From Bacteroidales bacterium (lineage in GTDB: Bacteria; Bacteroidota; Bacteroidia; Bacteroidales; JAADJA01), in contig JAGVPB010000038.1 of the NCBI GenBank assembly GCA_020052415.1, positions 3,693 to 67,692 on the forward strand: 64,000 bases of DNA, read 5' to 3'. The notes below the pieces were generated by a model. The model saw nothing but the letters and a program-made list of their open reading frames with translations. It made no database searches and was not told where the DNA came from. The position numbers and the translations under genes are program-made. Below are positions 57,034 through 64,000 of the stretch, piece by piece. Positions within the stretch are counted from its first letter, which is position 1, and every line of letters starts with the position of its first letter.

Positions 57034-57120
57034 CTTGTAAGGTCTTTAATAAATTAAACTTTAATGATAAATATCAAAGCCTGGTTGTCAACCAGACTTT
57101 GATTAAGTTGGCAATTAAGC

Positions 57121-57318
57121 CTACTTCTTGTTATTGAGGGTAAAATCCTTCAGTGCTTTTCCAAGGGCATCCATATCATGGCTGAATTCAGTCTTGAAAG
57201 ATGTCCATTTGTCTGGTCCTTCATCTTTATAATCTGCCAGTTTATTTTTCAGAACGATGTTTTTTTGTTCCAGGTCATTGACCATTTTCTGCCTGGATGT
57301 TCTGTCTGCAGCTTCCAT
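57121..57318 (-). CDS. Small charged helical protein (65 aa)
   Basis: It is the first ORF after module copy M. No family recognised. Confidence 0.5.
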   Translation of the reverse strand: MEAADRTSRQKMVNDLEQKNIVLKNKLADYKDEGPDKWTSFKTEFSHDMDALGKALKDFTLNNKK

Positions 57319-57346
57319 TTTCGATATATCTGCTTTTATTTACATA

Positions 57347-57415
57347 CAAAGGTGCGTTCCTTTCGAAGGGAAATCGTTACATAATTCCGGAATTATGTTA
57401 CATCATTCACACATT
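57347..57415 (-). promoter_or_regulatory. Stress-island promoter/operator module, copy M
   Basis: CAAAGG at 57347, GTTACATAATT at 57376, GTTACATCATTCACACATT at 57397-57415. It lies 29 nt upstream of the ATG at 57318. Confidence 0.7.
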
Positions 57416-57591
57416 TTCGAGGGTGTTTCGTCTTTTATGCTTAAGCTGCTTGAAACAGGCGGGCGATAAACACGTAAGTTCTGAAAAAAGATTGGCTAAA
57501 CAGGTGTAGTCGTAGCTGAGCTTCCCCATGAGGTAATCGGAAAAATATAATTTGCGCACTACATCTTCAATTTATTTTTTTTCAGGTTTTG

Positions 57592-59295
57592 TTACTTCTT
57601 TTGTTTTTGATCCTTTTTGTCCTGTCTCTCTAATTTTTTGTTTTTATTTGCGATGGGTGTCACAATGGAAATGATGCCGGTTTTGAGACTATTCCAAAGG
57701 TAATTTATGATAAATTTATCCTTTCTCCGTTCAAAATGAATCATCCCTGTTGTATAATTGTTGTCACCGGGAAGATTCTTATTGTTAATTAATATATTAG
57801 CGCCTGCTGATAATCCTCCTGACTTTTTATCCGGATCATTTTGCTTTGAAACATCAACCCTGAGATTTTCATAGATCAAAGTAAGTTCTCCGTCCGATAC
57901 ATCATCCGTTGCTTTGAATCTGAATTTTGCCTGTTTTATATCGCCTGAAGTTATGGTAACCGGCAATAAACCTTCCAGCATTGGATTGAATTCAGCAGCA
58001 GCAACAGGATCAAGCGTACCGGCAACAGTGAAGTATTCGTCATTCCTTTCCAGGAAGAAAATCAGATGGGCGTTCAGGTCGCTCTTACCCATTATTTTTC
58101 CACTGAAATCCATTTCGAGATTGGATTTATTTTCTGTTGTCACCAAATCATTGGTAATATTGTAGGCTGTCAAATTGAAAGGATTAAAGAAAACTTTACC
58201 TGGCTTATCTGCACCTTCAATCATTTCGCCGTAAGCTAATTTCCCATTTTTAATCTTTACAGTATCGGTGATAAATTTTCGGGAAACTTTATTTAAGCCA
58301 CCTGTGATCAATACTTTGTGTTTGAAAGGCGCATCAGGTAATCTTTTATCACGATAGATATCAACATCGGGCTTTTCAATGCGGATGCAGTTAAAATGAA
58401 TCGCATTTCCGGCAGCAAGTTCATTTGCGTTGATTCCCATAACTATAATGCTGTCAACGGATATTGAAAACAAATCAGTATTATATTTGATTTGCCTGTT
58501 AAATTCTTCTTTGCTGTACTTTGGGATAAGTTTAAATTGTTCGATAGTTAAAGAGCTATCCTGAACATCAAACCGGATACCGGAAGTCGAAAGGGTGTAA
58601 TATTTTAGGGGGGTGTAGGTGATATAACGGCTATTCATATCAATGGCTGTAAAAGTAAGCGGAACCGTTTGCTGTATGGTTGCGGAATCTACTCTGATAT
58701 TTTCAACGGCAACCGATAAAGAATCAATTATAAATAGCGGTTCCTCAGGTTTCTCAACGCTATAATAAGTTAAACCAGCCGTCAGGATTTCAAAATAATT
58801 TACATTGATCGAATAGATCTTGCCCGGGATAACCTGTTCAAGATTACCGGATAAATTTCTATCAGCGGGCTTTGCCATTGGGTTGGATAAATAGGTGATC
58901 ATGATATTCTCAACTACAATTCTATCCATGATCATCCTTTTTGTTTTAAGAAATTCCACAATTTTAAATTCTGTAACCCGAAGCAATTCCGTTTTGGCCG
59001 AAATCAAACCTCTGATGGCAGCATTTTCAAGCAGGACTTTTGCAGTGTCGCGCGGGGTAATGGTCAGATTATCAATTTTAACCCTACCAATGAATATATT
59101 CAAATCTATATCATCAAAAATGATTTCATACAATCGTTTTGGATTTTTATTTAATTCCGCACTGATTTTGTGCTTTATGTAAGGTTCAAGAATGAATGTT
59201 AATCCTGTAAAAGCCACAAGACCTATTACAAATATTGTAATCAGGAATGTTTTAAATCTTTTCCCGGCTTTTGATTTCTTCTTCTTACGAGCCAT
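57592..59295 (-). CDS. Large N-terminally anchored envelope protein (AsmA/DUF748-like)
   Basis: A basic N-terminus and a single TM (FLITIFVIGLVAFTGLTFIL), followed by a long beta-rich region and a basic tail. The family call is of low certainty. Confidence 0.5.
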   Translation of the reverse strand: MARKKKKSKAGKRFKTFLITIFVIGLVAFTGLTFILEPYIKHKISAELNKNPKRLYEIIFDDIDLNIFIGRVKIDNLTITPRDTAKVLLENAAIRGLISAKTELLRVTEFKIVEFLKTKRMIMDRIVVENIMITYLSNPMAKPADRNLSGNLEQVIPGKIYSINVNYFEILTAGLTYYSVEKPEEPLFIIDSLSVAVENIRVDSATIQQTVPLTFTAIDMNSRYITYTPLKYYTLSTSGIRFDVQDSSLTIEQFKLIPKYSKEEFNRQIKYNTDLFSISVDSIIVMGINANELAAGNAIHFNCIRIEKPDVDIYRDKRLPDAPFKHKVLITGGLNKVSRKFITDTVKIKNGKLAYGEMIEGADKPGKVFFNPFNLTAYNITNDLVTTENKSNLEMDFSGKIMGKSDLNAHLIFFLERNDEYFTVAGTLDPVAAAEFNPMLEGLLPVTITSGDIKQAKFRFKATDDVSDGELTLIYENLRVDVSKQNDPDKKSGGLSAGANILINNKNLPGDNNYTTGMIHFERRKDKFIINYLWNSLKTGIISIVTPIANKNKKLERQDKKDQKQKK

Positions 59296-59330
59296 ATAGT
59301 TAGTAAAACTGTGAGGTATCTTTCACGTTA

Positions 59331-59399
59331 CAAAGGTGATTCCATTAATTCCGGCAAACGTTACACAATTAAAGAAAAGATTTGCGTAATTCACACATT
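59331..59399 (-). promoter_or_regulatory. Stress-island promoter/operator module, copy N
   Basis: CAAAGG at 59331, GTTACACAATT at 59360, TTTGCGTAATTCACACATT at 59381-59399. It lies 36 nt upstream of the ATG at 59295. The distal box overlaps the stop codon of the AraC paralog at 59391. Confidence 0.7.
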
Positions 59400-59951
59400 T
59401 TCAAGTGTGCTGCGTTTCTTGTGTTTAAGATTTTTGAAAAAGGTAGGGGTTAACCCGGTTACCTTCCTGAACTGGTTTGATAAATGCGCAACGCTGCTGT
59501 AGTTAAGCCTGTAGGATATTTCGGTCAGAGACAGTTCATCATAGATCAGCAATTCTTTTACGCGCTCTATCTTATGCGAGATAATGTATTGTTCGATGGT
59601 CGTACCTGTAACTTCTGAAAAAAGGTTGGCAAGATAGGTATAATCGTATTTTAGTTTCCCGCTGAGGTAATCGGAAAAATTTACTTTGGGCACTTCATCT
59701 TCATAATGAACCATCTCAACAATCACATTTTTTATTCGTTCAATCAGAATGGCTTTTTTGTCATCCATTAGCTCCAGACCTGATTTCAGTAATCCAGCTT
59801 TAAACTGGACCAATTGTTCCGGTGTAATTTTTTCTTTTACATTTACTTCACCCAGTTCCACCCTGGTATAATGCAACCCAAGCTTGTCAAGTTCCGACCT
59901 CACTATCATCTTGCACCGGATCGAAACCATATATTTGATAAAGAGTTTCAC
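59391..59951 (-). CDS. AraC/XylS-family transcriptional regulator with HMA-like N-terminal domain, paralog 2
   Basis: It has the same architecture as 55987..56559 (MKLFIKYMVSIRCKMIVRSELDKLGL ... YTYLANLFSEVTGTTIEQYIISHKIERVKELL ... SVAHLSNQFRKVTGLTPTFF). Confidence 0.8.
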   Translation of the reverse strand: MKLFIKYMVSIRCKMIVRSELDKLGLHYTRVELGEVNVKEKITPEQLVQFKAGLLKSGLELMDDKKAILIERIKNVIVEMVHYEDEVPKVNFSDYLSGKLKYDYTYLANLFSEVTGTTIEQYIISHKIERVKELLIYDELSLTEISYRLNYSSVAHLSNQFRKVTGLTPTFFKNLKHKKRSTLENV

Positions 59952-60261
59952 TTATTTAACAAAATTTTAATTAGAGTTTACAGGGCAAATATATATAATA
60001 TTTTTTCTAAATTTCAACCTTTGAAAAAATTGTAAACAATATTTTTTTTTATTTTTGTCAAGTTATTGATGGCCTTATTTCCATGTAACTCATTAGCATT
60101 TACTGCCGTGTTATTTGAATTAAAAAAATTGCTAATTTTGAACTTGTCGTTTGCTGGGATTCGGATAAATTTCATCACATTTACAAAATGCCTGCAAACC
60201 AAATATAGTTTCATTAATCCGGTAAAACAAATCACTATAATCAGAAAATCTTTATACAAAT

Positions 60262-62895
60262 ATGGCCGCTTACAAAAAACATACTGCTAATAAGAACCTT
60301 AATAAAAACAAGGTTTCAAAAACAACCCATATAAAAAATCTAAAGATTTTGGTAAAAAGTGAAATTGCTATTGTTGGGATTGGCGCTTCAGCCGGCGGGC
60401 TGGAAGCACTGGAAGAGTTTTTTGGAAATTTACCTGCTGATACCGGTATGGCGTTCGTTGTTATTCAGCATCTTGACCCTAACCACAAAGGCCTTTTGCC
60501 CGAACTGCTTCAACGGGACACCTCCATGAAGGTATTTCAGGTGACCGATCGGTTGAAAGTGAAACCGAACTGTGTTTATGTTATACCCCCAAACAAAAGC
60601 ATGTCCGTTCTAGATGGAACACTGCATTTGTTTAAGCCGGTTGAACAACGTGGATTGCGTCTTCCCATTGATTTTTTCTTTCGCTCCCTGGCCGAAGACC
60701 GGCAGGAAAAGAGCATTGGAATAATTCTTTCGGGAATGGGATCCGATGGCAGCCTGGGACTTAAGGCGATCAAAGAAAAAAACGGGATAGCTCTGGTACA
60801 GGATCCGGATACATCAAAATTTGATGGTATGCCACGCAGCGCCGTTACTGCTGTAAATGCAGATATAATAGCTAATGCCAAAGAACTACCCTCCAAACTG
60901 ATCGCATTCCTGAAATTCGCTCCTAACATTAAACCCGGTACAGAAACTGACATTAAGGCGAAAAGCAATCTCGAAAAGATCATCATCCTTCTCCGGACCC
61001 AAACAGGGCATGATTTTTCATTATATAAAAAAAATACGCTGTTTCGTCGTATCGAAAGGCGAATGAATGTTCATCAAATTGACAAAATCGCTAACTACGT
61101 ACGATTTATGCAGGAAAATCCAAAAGAGTCGGAGATACTTTTCAAGGAGTTGTTGATAGGTGTAACCAGTTTTTTCCGTGATGCGGCTGTATGGAAAAAG
61201 CTGCAGGAAAGCATACTTCCCGATTTGTTTCGCCGACTGACTCCGGGTCATATTCTGAGGGCATGGATTCCTGGTTGCTCCACCGGAGAAGAAGCTTATT
61301 CCCTGGCTATAGTTTTTAAAGAAGTGGTCGAAAACCTGAAAATAAACAAGAACATTACCCTGCAGATATTTGCCACCGATCTGGATAATGATGCCATTGA
61401 AATAGCCCGAAAAGGTATTTTCTCTTCAAACATTATTGCCGATATTTCGGGTGAAAGGCTAAGCCGTTTTTTCACAAAGCAGGAGGCCGGCTTCCGCGTG
61501 AATACCTCTATACGTGAAATGGTAGTGTTTGCACCTCAGAATGTAATTAAAGATCCGCCTTTCACAAGGGTGGATTTTCTTTCGTGCCGTAATCTGCTGA
61601 TATACATGGAACCTGAACTGCAAAAAAAATTAATGAATTTGTTTCATTACAGTCTCAATCCGGGCGGAATAATGTTGCTTGGCAATGCAGAAACCATTGG
61701 TGTTCAAGGCACACAGTTTACTTTGATTGATGCAAAATTTAAACTCTACAAACGTTCTGATTCCCAATTAACATACGAACTGTTAGATCTCCCTGGTTCC
61801 CTTTCTCATAAAAAGAAATCCACAGCAGATGACATAAAACCCGCGACTGTTACCGAAAATATTCAGACGCTTGCTGATCAGATGTTGCTGCAGCGCTTTT
61901 CCCCTGCCAGTGTTCTGGTTAATGAACACGGCGATATACTTTATATCACCGGGCGGACCGGAAAGTATTTAGAACCTGCCGCTGGAAAAGCCAACATGAA
62001 TATCTATTCAATGGCAAGGGAAAGTTTGCGTCAGGAACTGCACGGAGCTTTGAATAAAGCAAAGCTGAATTATAAACCCGTAATTTTACTTAACATAAAG
62101 GTAGGGACTAACGGAGGCCATCAATTTGTAGATGTTACTGTTCAGCAAATTGAAAAACCCGATGCTATCAAAGGGAGCATTATAATTGTTTTTGCCGATG
62201 TATCAACCATTAGCAAACCAATAACTGTAAAATCGAAATCAGAAAAAAAAGTATCGCATACACGGCTTCAGGAATTGGAAATGGAACTTGAACGCCGTAA
62301 TGAAGAGCTGCAGAGCACACGCGAAGAAATGCAAACTTCGCAGGAAGAACTCAAGTCGGCAAACGAAGAACTGCAATCGGCCAACGAGGAGCTGCAATCA
62401 ACCAATGAGGAGCTTACCACCTCCAAGGAAGAGATGCAAAGCCTGAACGAAGAGCTTCAGACTCTGAATATAGAACTTCAGAGCAAGATAAATGAATATG
62501 CACGGGCAGATAACGACATGAAAAACCTTCTCAACAGCACCGATATAGCTACTTTATTTCTTGACAAAGAATTAAATATAAGGCGGTTTACCGACCAGTT
62601 AATCAAAATATTCAAACTGAGGCAGACTGATATTGGCAGGCCCTTTACCGACATTGTCAGCGATTTGCAGTACCCTGAAATAGAAAGAAATGCAAAGGAG
62701 GTATTGAAGACCCTTGTGTTTATTGAAACTTCTATAAAAACCAATGACGGAAGATGGTATAATATTCGTATTATGCCTTACAGGACATTAGATGACAGGA
62801 TTGACGGTTTGGTGATAACCTTTGTTGATATCACAGTTGCAAAAGAACTGGAAGTTAAACTAATCAAATTACACCGGTCTGATTCAGGAAAATAA
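60262..62895 (+). CDS. CheB-methylesterase / CheR-methyltransferase / PAS fusion signalling protein
   Basis: IVGIGASAGGLEAL and VVIQHLDPNH indicate CheB. FFRD...LRAWIPGCSTGEEAYSLA indicates a CheR SAM-binding site. A coiled coil EELQSANEELQSTNEEL is followed by a C-terminal PAS. Confidence 0.85.
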   Translation: MAAYKKHTANKNLNKNKVSKTTHIKNLKILVKSEIAIVGIGASAGGLEALEEFFGNLPADTGMAFVVIQHLDPNHKGLLPELLQRDTSMKVFQVTDRLKVKPNCVYVIPPNKSMSVLDGTLHLFKPVEQRGLRLPIDFFFRSLAEDRQEKSIGIILSGMGSDGSLGLKAIKEKNGIALVQDPDTSKFDGMPRSAVTAVNADIIANAKELPSKLIAFLKFAPNIKPGTETDIKAKSNLEKIIILLRTQTGHDFSLYKKNTLFRRIERRMNVHQIDKIANYVRFMQENPKESEILFKELLIGVTSFFRDAAVWKKLQESILPDLFRRLTPGHILRAWIPGCSTGEEAYSLAIVFKEVVENLKINKNITLQIFATDLDNDAIEIARKGIFSSNIIADISGERLSRFFTKQEAGFRVNTSIREMVVFAPQNVIKDPPFTRVDFLSCRNLLIYMEPELQKKLMNLFHYSLNPGGIMLLGNAETIGVQGTQFTLIDAKFKLYKRSDSQLTYELLDLPGSLSHKKKSTADDIKPATVTENIQTLADQMLLQRFSPASVLVNEHGDILYITGRTGKYLEPAAGKANMNIYSMARESLRQELHGALNKAKLNYKPVILLNIKVGTNGGHQFVDVTVQQIEKPDAIKGSIIIVFADVSTISKPITVKSKSEKKVSHTRLQELEMELERRNEELQSTREEMQTSQEELKSANEELQSANEELQSTNEELTTSKEEMQSLNEELQTLNIELQSKINEYARADNDMKNLLNSTDIATLFLDKELNIRRFTDQLIKIFKLRQTDIGRPFTDIVSDLQYPEIERNAKEVLKTLVFIETSIKTNDGRWYNIRIMPYRTLDDRIDGLVITFVDITVAKELEVKLIKLHRSDSGK

Positions 62896-62906
62896 ACTCT
62901 GAACTT

Positions 62907-63305
62907 ATGAAAAAACAAAAGAACTCCAACACAGGTGAGAAAATGCTTCGGTTTAAAGCCGAGGAACATTTGAAAAAACAACCCTCAAAATCAGCTTCAA
63001 TTCTGGTTGAAGCCGATGCGCAGAAACTCATTCATGAGCTTGAAGTACACCAGATAGAACTGGAAATGCAAAACGAAGAGCTAAAGCTGGCAACTCAGAA
63101 AGCCGAACTTGCAGAGGAAAAATATATGGAATTATTTGATTTTGCACCTTCCAGTTACCTTACACTATCAAAACAGGGTGAAATTATTGAACTGAATTTC
63201 AGTGCGGCAAACTTGCTTGGAAAGGAACGCTCACGGTTGATAAACAGCAATTTTGAGTTTTTTATTTCTGTTGAAACAAGACATATATTTAATCGCTTTT
63301 TTTAA
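62907..63305 (+). CDS. N-terminal fragment of a PAS sensor histidine kinase, ended by an in-frame TAA inside the PAS fold
   Basis: LIHELEVHQIELEMQNEELK, then the PAS start YMELFDFAPSSYLTLSKQGEIIELNFSAANLLG. The stop at 63303-63305 falls in mid-domain. Confidence 0.7.
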   Translation: MKKQKNSNTGEKMLRFKAEEHLKKQPSKSASILVEADAQKLIHELEVHQIELEMQNEELKLATQKAELAEEKYMELFDFAPSSYLTLSKQGEIIELNFSAANLLGKERSRLINSNFEFFISVETRHIFNRFF

Positions 63306-64000
63306 AAGGTTTTTAAAAGCAAAGCAAAAGAATCCTGCGAGGTGATACTGGCAAAGCATGGCCATTTGTCGAAATATGTAAATATTACAGGTACGGTGAA
63401 CAAAGATGGACAACAGTGTTTGATTATGATGAGTGATATAACCAGGAGTAAGCATACTGAAACAGATTTATTAAAAGCCAAGGAAAAAGCAGAAGAAAAT
63501 GACAGGTTAAAATCCGTATTCCTGGCCAACATAAGCCATGAGATCAGAACGCCAATGAATGGTATTTTGGGATTTGCCAAATTGTTAAAACAAAGTGACC
63601 TCACCTATGAAGAAAAACAGGAGTTTATAAATATCATTGAGGAAAGCGGTTTTCGCCTGCTCAACATCATCAATGACCTTGTAGATTTCTCGAAGGTTGA
63701 ATCGGGCCAGATGAAAATTGCAAGTGCTGCAACGAATATTAATGAACAAATTCATACCATTTATACCTTCTTTAAATATGAGGTTGAAAGAAAAGGAATG
63801 CAGTTTTCATATTTAAATTCTTTACCCGATAATGAAGCTATAATCATCACCGACCGTGAGAAAATCTATGCAATCCTTACCAATCTTGTTAAAAATGCAA
63901 TTAAGTTTAGCAATGACGGAATCGTTGAATTCGGGTACGTGAAAAAAGGTGAAAATCTTGAGTTCTTTGTGAAGGACACCGGTATTGGAATTGCCAAAGA
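63306..64000 (+). CDS. Continuation of the same kinase in the same frame (rest of PAS, HisKA, HATPase_c); runs off the window
   Basis: In the same reading frame, immediately after the TAA, the sequence reads KVFKSKAKESCEVILAKHGHLSKYVNITGTVNKDGQQCLIMMSDITRSKHTE...FLANISHEIRTPMNGILGF...ILTNLVKNAIKFS...FFVKDTGIGI. The first ATG after the stop is at 63426. There is no stop before 64000. Confidence 0.7.

Noticed and set aside
60020-60118. A 15th module copy in the divergent region between AraC paralog 2 and the CheB/CheR gene
   Set aside because: Only isolated half-site-like strings are present (ATTGTAAAC at about 60027, and ATGTAAC at 60083 with TTATTTG at 60111). They have the wrong order and spacing for the minus-strand gene, and lie about 145 nt from the plus-strand ATG. 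This is not convincing as a full module.
63303-63305. Alternative genetic code (TAA read as sense) to explain the in-frame stop
   Set aside because: TAA is used as an ordinary terminator by many well-delimited genes in this window (e.g. at 10042, 20831 and 62895). No other gene shows internal TAA codons.

Overview
No homology search was possible. All family calls rest on motifs I recognise in the supplied translations and on patterns read directly from the DNA.

The window looks like a chromosomal segment of a Bacteroidota-type bacterium. It has no Shine-Dalgarno sequences, TAnnTTTG-like -7 boxes, many SpII lipoproteins and REP-like palindromes.

- **1-27 kb:** a giant cyclic beta-1,2-glucan synthase-like gene with its 5' end off-window, a LytS/LytTR two-component pair, and a five-haem c-type cytochrome. 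There is also a hemerythrin(RIC-like)-LuxR-porin-FMN-binding cluster and a GT4/GH130/AI-2E cluster co-oriented with YtxH-type small proteins.
- **28-60 kb:** an almost uninterrupted run of minus-strand transcription units for small stress-type proteins. These include 2x CsbD, an lmo0937-like peptide, YceI, CbpA/CbpM, UspA, an OmpA/TSP3 protein, an Mla-type transporter, hydrolases, hybrid sensor kinases and two AraC paralogs.
- **Main finding:** at least 14 of these units are preceded by the same rigidly phased 69-bp promoter/operator module. It has a -7 box plus two direct repeats 21 bp apart, at offsets 0/29/50 in 12 copies. This module and the regulon it implies are the most interesting thing in the window.
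- **49.7-52.8 kb:** the run is interrupted by an AT-rich plus-strand island with an AAA-ATPase + RloB-like (AbiL/OLD-like) putative defence pair and a repeat-bracketed cassette-like ORF.
- **Other observations:**
  - a hidden 32-aa ORF under one module
  - a 5'-truncated ECF sigma remnant
  - an in-frame TAA inside a PAS histidine-kinase gene
  - a family of degenerate heptamer arrays in intergenic regions
  - REP-like palindromes
  - in-frame tandem repeats inside three genes
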